A DNA stretch of 57,309 bases from Candidatus Nomurabacteria bacterium (GTDB lineage: Bacteria > Patescibacteriota > Minisyncoccia > Phycocordibacterales > UBA9973). Shown one piece after another: positions 19,601 to 28,615 of the stretch; position 1 is the stretch's first letter, and each line of letters opens with the position of its first letter. Under the pieces are notes generated by a model, which made no database searches, was not told where the DNA came from, and saw nothing but the letters and a program-made list of their open reading frames with translations. The position numbers were made by a program, and so were the translations under genes. Location: contig CALRHG010000002.1 of the NCBI GenBank assembly GCA_943359365.1, forward strand, positions 1 to 57,309, read 5' to 3'.

Positions 19601-20643
19601 TTTGGCTTAAGTTAAAAACCAAAGATGATGTAGAAAGTGTGCATTTAGCTGAATGGCCGAAGGCAGGCAAAATTCATTCTGGTATTCTTGAGAATATGAG
19701 AATAGTTAGGAATATTGTGAGTTTAGGGCTAAAAGAAAGACAGAAAGCAATATTGCCTGTGCGTCAAACACTTTCAAAACTTGAAGTGAAAAATTTTGAT
19801 TTGAGCAAAGAATATATTGAACTCGTAAAAGATGAGCTGAATGTGAAAGAGGTAAAGCAAAACAAAAATCTTGAAGCTGAAGTCGCGCTTGATACCACAA
19901 TTACTCCGGAGCTCAAAGCCGAAGGGGATTATCGCGAATTTATGCGCTCCATCCAAGACAAAAGAAAAGAATTAAACCTAGCACCTAGCGATAAAATGGC
20001 ACTTCCAGTGGAAACAATATACAAGATATACAAAATAATGCCTGTATTGGAGATGCACATGCTTCGCGTGGCAGCTGTGGCAACTCTCATCTGCGACAAT
20101 TTTGAGGGATTTGTGCCGAAAGAAGAAATAATCACGGTTTGCTTGCTGCATGATATGGGTAATATTATCAAATCAAATTTTGAGTTTATGCCGGAATCAT
20201 TGGAACCGGAGGGGTTGGAATATTGGCAAAATGTAAAAGATGAGTTCGTAAAAAAATACGGAAATGATGAAGAAAAAGCTCACGGGAAAATCATGGAAGA
20301 AATTGGTGTGTCTAAAAAAATAATAGGACTTGTGAACAAAATTAGCTTTAAATACGCTTGTGATTATAAAGAAAATAAAGACTTTGTTATTAAAATAATA
20401 AATTATGCGGATTGGCGAGTCAGTCCTTGTGGTGTAGTTTCTTTTGATGAACGCATGATTGAATCAAAGAGTCGCTACAAACTTAAAACCAAAGCTGAAG
20501 AAGACGAACGAGAAAGACTGATTATTTGTGCCAAAGAAATCGAAAAGCAAATTTTCGCTAAATGCAAAATAAAACCGGAGGATATCAACGATGAAACTGC
20601 GACGCCAATAATTTCAAAACTAAAAAATTTCATGATAAAATAG
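16645..20643 (+). CDS. ileS: isoleucyl-tRNA synthetase with an inserted histidine-phosphatase domain and a C-terminal HD domain
   Basis: Start set at ATG 16645, after the T-box terminator. Motifs GIHHLEA (HIGH), editing TTPWTLPGN, and KMSKS. Extra RHG..../VGHEG domain at ~18160-18765 and an H..HD domain at ~20010-20640. Confidence 0.95.
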   Translation: MNEENKNLKSDAAKREEAVLEFWKENKIFEKSLDQTKKGKEFIFYEGPPTANGKPGIHHLEARAFKDAIPRYKTMQGFHVRRKGGWDTHGLPVELQVEKKLGLNSKKAIEEYGIEKFNKECKESVWEYLDVWNKFTKRIGYWVDQDKPFVTYENDYIESVWNVLKKVNDQKLLFKDYKVVPWCPRCGTALSSHELAQGYEDVKDLSVYVKFKVKGEKFKDTYILAWTTTPWTLPGNVALAVGKDIKYSWIQTANDLYIIASDLIPKLFTSETIKVKDEFYSKDLIGLEYEPLFSFLADGISESEKPKLGKAFKVYAADFVNTQDGTGIVHTAVMYGQDDFALGTEVGLPKHHLVNLEGKFIKGTGFLEGRFVRETDPNGKPTLAVDIIDDLKKRNLFFKQENYKHSYPHCWRCKTALIYYARDSWYIRMSDPKIKKELISENKKINWEPEYIREGRFGEWLKEIKDWAISRERYWGTPLPVWICTDCKKTEVVGSIEDLKEKTKKSGNKYFAMRHGQADNNVNDFHYRELQESAALTEIGRDQIKKSIKNFNHKIDVVISSTLKRAKQTTQVVCENIKFPLENVVYDERAREWEVSSLFDGKERVVFKKYYNVDYLDNPGEVLPEGESFAQVIKRVGDFIYDLEKKYSGKNILIVGHEGATRALSFLAKGLSFSDLSSENDPLVSLKNAEIKEFNFVPLPHNENYELDLHKPFIDEIKLSCKCGGDLIRTKEVMDVWFDSGAMPFAQDHYPFDPTPKQAWYGAGNKKSQQILYPADFICEAVDQTRGWFYTLHAVGILMGRGKAYKNVICLGHLLDANGKKMSKSIGNVVDPWIMMEKYGVDTLRLWMYSVNQPGESKNFDEKTVQLLHSQVFGLLYNVLAFYELYRDKNLEKNDKLKSKNILDVWILARLDELVKLSTENLDSYKLLEPVRGMRDFIGDLSTWYLRRSRERIKNDDKDAKQTLYFVLKSLAKILAPFAPFTAEDIWLKLKTKDDVESVHLAEWPKAGKIHSGILENMRIVRNIVSLGLKERQKAILPVRQTLSKLEVKNFDLSKEYIELVKDELNVKEVKQNKNLEAEVALDTTITPELKAEGDYREFMRSIQDKRKELNLAPSDKMALPVETIYKIYKIMPVLEMHMLRVAAVATLICDNFEGFVPKEEIITVCLLHDMGNIIKSNFEFMPESLEPEGLEYWQNVKDEFVKKYGNDEEKAHGKIMEEIGVSKKIIGLVNKISFKYACDYKENKDFVIKIINYADWRVSPCGVVSFDERMIESKSRYKLKTKAEEDERERLIICAKEIEKQIFAKCKIKPEDINDETATPIISKLKNFMIK

Positions 20644-20662
20644 GCAGATAGAATAGTCAGCC

Positions 20663-21244
20663 ATGCATCACATTCATCACACCGAAGGAATAATATTGGG
20701 AAGCGTAAATCAGGGGGAAGCGGGGAAATATTTTCATATTTTTACGCGCGATCTGGGAATGGTTTATGCCACCGCACAGGGGGTGCGTAAAATATCTTCG
20801 AAACTGCGTTTTGTTTTGCAGGATTTTGCTTATCTGAAAATTGACCTTGTTCAGGGTAAAAATATTTTCCGAGTCACCAGCGCCTCAAAGACAAATATAC
20901 TAGAAAAAATTACGAAAACGCCGGAAACATTTGAAGTTTTTGCAAATGTTGCCCGCTTGTTAAAAAGACTGCTCGCCGGCGTCGAGCCAAACGAGGCTTT
21001 GTTTAATGATGTGCTAAACGGTTTGTCTATTCTAGAGAAAAGCAAAACAAAAGAAGATTTACTGAATATTGAAGCTATCATTGTCTTGCGGATATTGAAC
21101 AATTTAGGTTATATAGGAGAACATGAGATATCGGACAATTTGACCAAGTCTCCATTCGAGGAAAATTTAGTGTTTGAGATTTCTAAGGATAGAAGCAAAG
21201 TGCTCACCCAGATAAATAAGGCTCTAAAAGAGACGCATTTATGA
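20663..21244 (+). CDS. recO: DNA repair protein RecO (short form)
   Basis: 193 aa. N-terminal OB-fold pattern TEGIILGSVNQGEAGKYFHIFTRDLGMVYATAQGVRK. Confidence 0.7.
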   Translation: MHHIHHTEGIILGSVNQGEAGKYFHIFTRDLGMVYATAQGVRKISSKLRFVLQDFAYLKIDLVQGKNIFRVTSASKTNILEKITKTPETFEVFANVARLLKRLLAGVEPNEALFNDVLNGLSILEKSKTKEDLLNIEAIIVLRILNNLGYIGEHEISDNLTKSPFEENLVFEISKDRSKVLTQINKALKETHL

Positions 21245-21256
21245 TATACTCATATA

Positions 21257-23203
21257 ATGGCGAACGACGGGGATAAACTAAACAGAATAGAAGAACTCAA
21301 AGGCAAACTTTTTAGTAAAAGTTATCAAACAAAGATAGAACACAGAGACAGCTTTACGCATTTAGACAGAAAGGACATACCGGAGGCATGGGAGTCCAGC
21401 TCTAAGGATGCCGGGCCGCATGTCCCGTATCAGGACAGATTTTTTATGAGAACTTCTATATTTAAGAACTTTTTTTATTTTTCATTAGTTTTTTTTATTT
21501 TGACGCTGGCGTACGCCTCGTATGTTTTTTTTGCCGGCGGAAATACTGTCTCTAATGACAACATTGTTATTTCCATAGTCGGAAACAACTTCGTGGCCGG
21601 CGGGGAAGAACTCTCGCTGGTTGTCGGGATTACGAATAAAAATAGCTCTTCACTAGATTTAGTCGACCTCGTTTTGGAATATCCAAAAAATTCTGCTAGC
21701 TCACAAGTCGCGTCTTCGGCAGCAACGGAGAGATTCCGCCAGACCTTGGGCACGATTCCGGCCGGAGCGGTACGCAATGAAAGTTTGAAAATAGTTCTCT
21801 TTGGGCAACAGGGAACGGTGCGTCCGATAAAAATAACTCTGGAGTACCGCGTGGAGGGATCCAATTCTATTTTCGTTAAAGAAAAATTTTATGATGTGAC
21901 TATAAATTCTACCCCGCTAAACCTCACCATAGATGCTCCGATGGTCATAAGTTCGAATCAAGATATTACTCTCAATATCAAAGAGACGCTGAACGCCACA
22001 AAATCCGCCTCTAAAATACTCCTCAAGCTTGATTACCCGGTCGGTTTCCAATTTCTTTCATCAACTCCGGCGCCTACGCTCGGAAACAATGTCTGGAGTC
22101 TGGGGGATATGGCTCCCGGAGCGGTACGCAATATTTCTATCACCGGGAAAATGGTTGATGTCGCTGACGGAGAAGAAAAATTTTTCCATATAACAAGCGG
22201 TTCGCAGTCCAGCACTGACAAGTCTATGATTGATGTTGTTTTCAATGCGATCTCGCACGTAGTTGTCATAAAAAAACCTTTTATTGAAGCAAGGCTTTTG
22301 GTTAACGGAGTGCACCAAAGCGAGTATGCCATTCCTGGGAAAAATACAATCCAAGGACAGATAGAATGGAAGAATAATTTAGATACAAAAGTAAATGATT
22401 TATCCATTACCGCAAAGATTCTGGGAAATGCGGTCAATCGTAAAACGATAAATTCACAAAGAGGCTTTTACAACTCAGCGACTGACGTGATAACGTGGGA
22501 TAAAAATTATATTGAGGCATTTGGAGAGATAAACCCCGGGGATTCTGGGACTGTAAATTTTTCCTTGTCCCCGATGCCGTTATTTTCTGCTACAGAAGGC
22601 ATGCTTTCCGACCCTTCTATCAACATAGAGATTTCTGTATCCGGCAAGCAGTCTATATCCGGTTATGCAACTACCAACTTAAATAATTCTGATTCGGGAG
22701 TTGTGCGGATTATTTCTGACATTGGGCTCGCAGGTAAAGCGCTTTATTATTCGGGACCTTTTACAAACAAAGGCCCGGTGCCGCCGAAAGTTGAACAGGA
22801 AACGACTTATACTATCCAGTGGTCTCTGTCCAATACAGCCAACAATATTTCGAAAGGAGTCGTGCGCTCTTCTTTGCCTCCGTGGATTCGTTTTGTCGGC
22901 ACGATATCGCCTCCTCTGGAAGACCTGACTTACAACGCTTCCACAAGAGAAATCGTCTGGAATGCGGGCAGGATTCCGAAAGGGACCGGCATCACTACAG
23001 CCGACCGCAGTGTTTCTTTTCAGGTTTCCTTTTCTCCTTCGCTTTCTCAAGTCGGAACTATCCCGGTTTTGGTGCGAGATGCAGTTTTGACTGGGCATGA
23101 TGATTTTGCTAATGTAGATGTGCGAGCGACCAAGGGCTCGCTTCGCACTTCGCTCGATAGCGATCCTCTATTCCCTGCGGATGGAGGCACGGTAGTGGAA
23201 TAA
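21257..23203 (+). CDS. hypothetical membrane-anchored protein with a beta-rich extracytoplasmic region
   Basis: 648 aa with a cytoplasmic N-terminus, one TM helix (FFYFSLVFFILTLAYASYVFF) and a long Ig-like-looking region. Confidence 0.6.
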   Translation: MANDGDKLNRIEELKGKLFSKSYQTKIEHRDSFTHLDRKDIPEAWESSSKDAGPHVPYQDRFFMRTSIFKNFFYFSLVFFILTLAYASYVFFAGGNTVSNDNIVISIVGNNFVAGGEELSLVVGITNKNSSSLDLVDLVLEYPKNSASSQVASSAATERFRQTLGTIPAGAVRNESLKIVLFGQQGTVRPIKITLEYRVEGSNSIFVKEKFYDVTINSTPLNLTIDAPMVISSNQDITLNIKETLNATKSASKILLKLDYPVGFQFLSSTPAPTLGNNVWSLGDMAPGAVRNISITGKMVDVADGEEKFFHITSGSQSSTDKSMIDVVFNAISHVVVIKKPFIEARLLVNGVHQSEYAIPGKNTIQGQIEWKNNLDTKVNDLSITAKILGNAVNRKTINSQRGFYNSATDVITWDKNYIEAFGEINPGDSGTVNFSLSPMPLFSATEGMLSDPSINIEISVSGKQSISGYATTNLNNSDSGVVRIISDIGLAGKALYYSGPFTNKGPVPPKVEQETTYTIQWSLSNTANNISKGVVRSSLPPWIRFVGTISPPLEDLTYNASTREIVWNAGRIPKGTGITTADRSVSFQVSFSPSLSQVGTIPVLVRDAVLTGHDDFANVDVRATKGSLRTSLDSDPLFPADGGTVVE

Positions 23204-23206
23204 ATT

Positions 23207-24526
23207 ATGAAAAAAGAAAATATCAAAGAGACACAGAATGATTTAATGGAAAAAATAGTCTCGCTTTGTAAAAGGCGCGGTTTTGTTTTTCAGGGTTCGG
23301 AAATTTATGGGGGACTCGGAGGCACTTTCGACTGGGGGCATTTCGGAGTGGCTTTGAAGAATAATATCAAGCAGGCATGGTGGAAAAAATTCGTCGATGG
23401 CCGGAGGGATATGTACGGCGTCGATGCGGCGATACTAATGAACAGCAAGGTCTGGGAGGCGAGCGGGCATGTGGCTGGATTCTCCGATCCGCTTATAGAA
23501 TGCGAGAAATGCAAAAAAAGATTTCGCGCTGATCAGCTTTCGGATATAAAAAAATGTCCGGAATGCGAAGGCAAACTAGGGAGTATGAGACAGTTTAATA
23601 TGATGTTCGCCACAAAAATAGGCGCAATGGAAGATTCTGCTGCGACTGTCTATTTGCGTCCAGAGACAGCTCAAGGAATGTTTGTGAATTTCAAAAACAC
23701 AGTGGATGCTTTTCACCCGAGGCTGCCTTTCGGCATGGCGCAGATCGGCAAGGCTTTCAGAAATGAAATCACGCCTCGTGATTTTCTTTTCCGCCAGCGA
23801 GAATTTGAGCAGATGGAGATAGAATATTTTGTGCGGCAGGGGACTTGGGAAAAATATTTTGAATATTGGAAAGATGAGATGACCGAATGGATGCAGGAGA
23901 TCGGTATCGATATTAAGAGAGTGCATGAATTGGAAGTGCCGGCTGAGGACAGGGCGCATTATTCCAGCCGCACTATAGATTTCGAGTTTGACTATCCTTT
24001 CGGTAAAAAAGAACTTTTCGGCCTGGCTTACAGGACGGATTTTGACTTGAAAAATCACAAACTTGATTATATTGATGAAGAAATGGGAGAAAAAATAGTT
24101 CCGCATGTCATCGAGCCGACTTTTGGCGTCGATCGCGCGGTGCTCGCGCTGATTGTTTCTGTTTATGCCGAAGACCAAAAAGATGGCGAAGTCCGTTCAT
24201 ATTTAAAATTTAAGCCGAGCATCGCTCCGGTTATCTGTGCCGTATCTCCTTTGCTTAAAAACAAACCTGAACTTGTAGAATATGCCAACACGAAAGTATT
24301 CGCGCCGCTTAAGGCCGAGTTTGGTAGAGTGGCATGGGACGACAATGGCAACATAGGCAAGCGCTATCGCAGGCAGGACGAAATAGGCACGCCGTTTTGC
24401 ATCGTGGTGGACTTTGATACCCTCACAGACAACACAGTTACCGTACGCGACCGCGATACAGGAGAGCAGGAGAGAATACCGGTAGCGGAACTGAAAAATT
24501 ATATAAATTCCAAGATTAGTATATAA
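23207..24526 (+). CDS. glyQS: glycyl-tRNA synthetase (class II, homodimeric type)
   Basis: 439 aa with LRPETAQG, FRNEI.PR, EPTFGVDR and a C-terminal anticodon-binding domain. Confidence 0.9.
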   Translation: MKKENIKETQNDLMEKIVSLCKRRGFVFQGSEIYGGLGGTFDWGHFGVALKNNIKQAWWKKFVDGRRDMYGVDAAILMNSKVWEASGHVAGFSDPLIECEKCKKRFRADQLSDIKKCPECEGKLGSMRQFNMMFATKIGAMEDSAATVYLRPETAQGMFVNFKNTVDAFHPRLPFGMAQIGKAFRNEITPRDFLFRQREFEQMEIEYFVRQGTWEKYFEYWKDEMTEWMQEIGIDIKRVHELEVPAEDRAHYSSRTIDFEFDYPFGKKELFGLAYRTDFDLKNHKLDYIDEEMGEKIVPHVIEPTFGVDRAVLALIVSVYAEDQKDGEVRSYLKFKPSIAPVICAVSPLLKNKPELVEYANTKVFAPLKAEFGRVAWDDNGNIGKRYRRQDEIGTPFCIVVDFDTLTDNTVTVRDRDTGEQERIPVAELKNYINSKISI

Positions 24527-25795
24527 ATGAAATTCTCAAAAAAAGTTTTGCATAACGGGCTGCGGGTTATCACGGTGCCGATGAAAGACAATCCTACTGT
24601 GACTGTCTTGGTATTAGTGGAAGCAGGTTCGAAATATGAGGAGAAAAAAGTGAATGGCATTTCGCATTTTTTGGAGCATATGTGCTTCAAGGGTACGACC
24701 AAACGGCCCAAAGCCGTCGATATTTCAAAGGAACTGGATGCTCTCGGCAGCCAGTACAATGCTTTTACGGCGCAGGAATACACCGGGTATTATGCCAAGT
24801 CCGATGCTCGGCATTTCAAACAGATTTTTGATATTGTGTCGGACGTGTACTTGAATTCCACTTTTCCTAATGCGGAGATGGAGAGGGAGAAAGGCGTGAT
24901 TATCGAGGAAATAAATATGTACGAAGATATGCCTAACCGCCATGTGCAGGATCTGATGATGAAGCTGCTCTATGGAGATACTCCGGCTGGCTGGAACATC
25001 GCCGGCACCAAGGAAAATATTTTAAATATGAAGCGCGATGATTTTGTTTCATATAAAAATTCTCACTATCTGCCGGAAGCCACGGTGCTCGCGGTGGCGG
25101 GGAAGGTTACCGAGAAAGAAGTAATGAGCGAAGTGAATAAAATTTTTGGCATTGTGAAGAGGGGCAAGAAAGGTTCAAAAATAAAAGTTAAAGAAATACA
25201 GAAGAAGCCGGAAGCACTAGTGAAGTTCAAGGAAACAGACCAGACGCATTTTGTGCTGGGTGTGCGCACCTACGGACTTTTTAACAAAAAGAGCGCGGTT
25301 CTTTCTGTGCTCGGCGGGGTGCTCGGCGGGGGAATGAGCTCGCGGCTTTTTGTGAAGCTTCGCGAAGAGATGGGCGTGGGCTACTATGTGCGCGCATATA
25401 ACGATGCTTATACCGACCACGGATTTTTCCAAATTTCCGCCGGAGTGGATAATAAAAGAATTGATGAAGTGATTTACGCGGTTCTCGAAGAATGCAGAAA
25501 ATTGAAAAAATTCAAAGTGACTCCCGAGGAGCTGAATAAAGTCAAAGAATGTCTGATAGGCAACATGAAGCTGACTCTGGAATCAAGCGACGACATCGCT
25601 AACTTTCACGGCGGACAGGAACTTTTGAAAAGAGAAATTTTAACTGCGGAGGAAAAAGCCAAAGAAATACGCAAAGTCACGGCGAGCCAAATCCAAGCTA
25701 TGGCGAAAGATATTTTTAAAAACGAGAAGCTCAATTTAGCGCTTATTGGACCTTTTAAAGAAAAAGAGAAGTTTTTGAAAATGTTGAAGTTTTAG
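24527..25795 (+). CDS. M16-family zinc peptidase
   Basis: 422 aa with the inverted zinc motif HFLEHMCFKGT. Confidence 0.85.
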   Translation: MKFSKKVLHNGLRVITVPMKDNPTVTVLVLVEAGSKYEEKKVNGISHFLEHMCFKGTTKRPKAVDISKELDALGSQYNAFTAQEYTGYYAKSDARHFKQIFDIVSDVYLNSTFPNAEMEREKGVIIEEINMYEDMPNRHVQDLMMKLLYGDTPAGWNIAGTKENILNMKRDDFVSYKNSHYLPEATVLAVAGKVTEKEVMSEVNKIFGIVKRGKKGSKIKVKEIQKKPEALVKFKETDQTHFVLGVRTYGLFNKKSAVLSVLGGVLGGGMSSRLFVKLREEMGVGYYVRAYNDAYTDHGFFQISAGVDNKRIDEVIYAVLEECRKLKKFKVTPEELNKVKECLIGNMKLTLESSDDIANFHGGQELLKREILTAEEKAKEIRKVTASQIQAMAKDIFKNEKLNLALIGPFKEKEKFLKMLKF

Positions 25796-25834
25796 TTCTT
25801 TTGCCTAGAGATACTTTTATGTTATCATGATTCT

Positions 25835-26911
25835 ATGTTTGAAAAGAACCCTAATGCTACTTCCATTTCTATAACTACCGGTACGATGATCCGGGTGGTT
25901 CTTGTTGGTCTCTCTGTATTTTTGGTATGGTTTTTACGGGACTTACTTCTTGTCGTGCTCACTTCTATTGTACTTGCATCTTTTGTGGAATCAGCTGTTC
26001 CTTATTTTAAGAAAATAAGATTTAATAGAGTTTTTGGAATTGTGGTTTTATATGCCGTCTCGCTTTCCATACTCGCCGGTTTATTTTATCTTTTTGCTCC
26101 GCTCTTAATAACTGAAATTTATAATTTTTCCAATTTTATTTCAGCTTACATACCGGGTGTTTCTTTCCTAAATTATTTCCAAAATGAAGCATTTTCCGGA
26201 GCGAAGGATTTGGTGAATTCACTCGGGGGCAACTTTTCAATTGAGACGCTGTTCTCTGTATCCAAAGCTTTCATCCTGAATCTTTCCGGAGGATTTTTCC
26301 AAGCACTTTCTTTTACCTTCGGAAGCGTTTTCAATTTTATATTAATTATTCTTATTTCTTTTTATCTGGCAATTCAGGAAAGAGGAATAGAAAATTTCCT
26401 GCGTCTTATTTTCCCAATTAAGCATGAAGATTATGTGGTAGATTTGTGGGAGCGTTCCCGTCGCAAGATTGCTTTATGGCTAAAGGGGCAGGCAGTGCTA
26501 GGGGTTGTCGTGGGAGTCATTATTTATTTGGTTTTGTCTCTTCTTGGAATCGAGTATGCGCTTCTCTTGGCCATTATCGCGGGAGTTATGGAAATTGTCC
26601 CTTACGGTATCATTGTCGCCCTTATTCCCGCCTTTACTTTTTCTTATCTCTCCGGCGGCATTCAGAGCGCGCTCATGGTTTCCGGCGCTTACTTGATTGT
26701 CCACCAATTTGAAGTTTTTCTCTTTACTCCGATTATCATCAAAAAAATAGTGGGCTTGTCCCCGATAGTCATAATACTTTCCGCGCTTATAGGTTTTGAA
26801 TTGGGAGGAGTTTGGGGCACTGTGCTGGCTATTCCTATCGCCGTCATCGTCATGGAATTTTTGAGCGATATTGAAAAGAATAAAAGTTTAGCGAGAACCG
26901 GCAATAAGTAG
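25835..26911 (+). CDS. AI-2E (PerM/YdiK) family transporter
   Basis: 358-aa polytopic membrane protein with the characteristic E.VPYG region (MEIVPYGIIVA). Confidence 0.75.
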   Translation: MFEKNPNATSISITTGTMIRVVLVGLSVFLVWFLRDLLLVVLTSIVLASFVESAVPYFKKIRFNRVFGIVVLYAVSLSILAGLFYLFAPLLITEIYNFSNFISAYIPGVSFLNYFQNEAFSGAKDLVNSLGGNFSIETLFSVSKAFILNLSGGFFQALSFTFGSVFNFILIILISFYLAIQERGIENFLRLIFPIKHEDYVVDLWERSRRKIALWLKGQAVLGVVVGVIIYLVLSLLGIEYALLLAIIAGVMEIVPYGIIVALIPAFTFSYLSGGIQSALMVSGAYLIVHQFEVFLFTPIIIKKIVGLSPIVIILSALIGFELGGVWGTVLAIPIAVIVMEFLSDIEKNKSLARTGNK

Positions 26912-26922
26912 CTGAAGAAATA

Positions 26923-28371
26923 ATGTCTCAAAAAAAATCTTTTTACATTACGACAACTCTGCCATATGTGAACTCCGATCCGCATATCGGTTTTGCCATG
27001 GAAATTATCCGGGCCGATGTCGTGGCTCGGGCCAAACTCATACAAGGATATGAAGTATTTTTCAATACCGGCACGGACGAACACGGCGCTAAAATTTTCG
27101 CCGCCGCAGTCGCAGAGGGGAAAGACGTCAAAGAATATGTGGATGGATACGAAGCAAAATTCCGCGGGCTGGATGAATTGCTTGGAATTTTAGACGATGT
27201 GCATTTTATCAGGACGACTGATCCGCATCACATATCCGCCGCGCAGGAATTCTGGAGACGCTGCAATGATAACGGATATATTTATAAAAAAATATATAAG
27301 GCGAAATATTGCGTCGGTTGCGAGCTGCAAAAAACCAATTCAGAATTAAATGAAAAAGGACAGTGCCCGCTTCATCCCAACAATAAAATTGAGCTGATTG
27401 ACGAGGAGAATTACTTTTTTCAATTTTCTGCCTTTCAAAAGCCTCTCCTCGAATTATACGAAAAAAATCCAAATTTCGTCTGGCCTGTTTCCCGCTACAG
27501 TGAAATAAAATCTTTTGTGGCGAGAGGTCTCGAAGATTTTTCTATTTCCCGCCTGAAGTCCAAAATGCCCTGGGGTGTGCCTGTGCCGGGGGACGACAAG
27601 CATATAATGTATGTATGGTTTGACGCGCTGGTTAATTACATTTCTACTCTTGGCTGGCCGGAAAACAAAGAAAACTTTGAAAAATTCTGGGTAAATGGCA
27701 CGCCGATGCAATATTGCGGCAAGGATAATCTGCGCCAACAGTCGGCGATGTGGCAGGCGATGCTCATGGCTGCCGGATTGCCACCAACTCACTTTATCGT
27801 TATCAACGGCTTTCTGACGGCGGAAGGCGGAGTCAAAATGTCTAAATCCATTGGGAATGTCGTCAGTCCCTACGATTTGGTAAAAGAATACGGCATGGAC
27901 GCCGTCCGTATTTTTTTTCTGAAAGAAGTTAGCCTCTTTGAAGACAGCCCTTTTACCATGGAGAGATTTAAAGATGCGTATAATGCCAATCTGGCAAATG
28001 GTCTGGGCAATTTAGCGTCTCGCATTTTGACTCTATCTTCCAAGTATCTTGAGAAGTCTCCTGAAATTCCGAAGAATCTGATACTCAGAGATTTTTTTGA
28101 CCATCTGGAAAAGTTTGATATTAAGGAATCGGTGGATTATATCTGGAGTGAAATTGCGGAAATTGATAAGTCGATTCAGGAGACCGAGCCTTTTAAATTA
28201 GTCAAAGTAAATGAGAAAGAAGGCAAAGAATTAATTTCTAACTTAGTGGTGCAATTGTTTACTATTGCCAATATGCTGAAGCCTATACTGCCTCAGACGA
28301 GCGACATCTTAAAGACTTTGATTAAAGAAAATAAAAAGCCCGAGACTCCTTTATTCCCCAGAAAAGATTAA
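26923..28371 (+). CDS. metG: methionyl-tRNA synthetase (short form)
   Basis: 482 aa with LPYVNSDPHIGF (HIGH), a CVGCE/CPLH zinc knuckle and KMSKSIGN. Confidence 0.95.
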   Translation: MSQKKSFYITTTLPYVNSDPHIGFAMEIIRADVVARAKLIQGYEVFFNTGTDEHGAKIFAAAVAEGKDVKEYVDGYEAKFRGLDELLGILDDVHFIRTTDPHHISAAQEFWRRCNDNGYIYKKIYKAKYCVGCELQKTNSELNEKGQCPLHPNNKIELIDEENYFFQFSAFQKPLLELYEKNPNFVWPVSRYSEIKSFVARGLEDFSISRLKSKMPWGVPVPGDDKHIMYVWFDALVNYISTLGWPENKENFEKFWVNGTPMQYCGKDNLRQQSAMWQAMLMAAGLPPTHFIVINGFLTAEGGVKMSKSIGNVVSPYDLVKEYGMDAVRIFFLKEVSLFEDSPFTMERFKDAYNANLANGLGNLASRILTLSSKYLEKSPEIPKNLILRDFFDHLEKFDIKESVDYIWSEIAEIDKSIQETEPFKLVKVNEKEGKELISNLVVQLFTIANMLKPILPQTSDILKTLIKENKKPETPLFPRKD

Positions 28372-28373
28372 GA

Positions 28374-28411
28374 ACCTCACCCCAGCCCTCTCCTTGTTAA
28401 GGAGAGGGGGA
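28374..28411 (+). repeat. GC-rich hairpin repeat, family A (38 nt identical to 39184-39221)
   Basis: ACCTCACCCCAGCCCTCTCCTTGTTAAGGAGAGGGGGA. The internal stem CCCTCTCCTT/AAGGAGAGGG spans 28386-28408. Confidence 0.85.
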
Positions 28412-28452
28412 AAGTCGTTGACTTTTTTATGAAAAGGAGTAATATATAAGGT

Positions 28453-28530
28453 ATGCAAAGTACAGTTCCAAAAATGATGGCAATGATGATGGGAACCCAA
28501 AAATTCGGGGCTATTCATTGCGTTGCATAA
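28453..28530 (+). CDS. candidate Met-rich leader peptide (25 aa, MQSTVPKMMAMMMGTQKFGAIHCVA)
   Basis: Five ATG codons within six consecutive codons (28474-28491). Its 3' third overlaps the first arm of alternative hairpins. Confidence 0.5.
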   Translation: MQSTVPKMMAMMMGTQKFGAIHCVA

Positions 28531-28584
28531 TTAAACTTTAAAACATGAACACAAAAAATAGCCCCGAATAAGGGCTATTTTTTT
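28503..28584 (+). promoter_or_regulatory. candidate leader-peptide attenuator: antiterminator (1:2) versus intrinsic terminator (2:3)
   Basis: ATTCGGGGCTATT (28503-28515) is the exact reverse complement of AATAGCCCCGAAT (28557-28569). AATAGCCC (28557-28564) also pairs with GGGCTATT (28572-28579), which runs into a T tract ending at 28584. Confidence 0.6.
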
Positions 28585-28615
28585 ACTCTATTATTAATAA
28601 CTTTTAAAAAATCAT

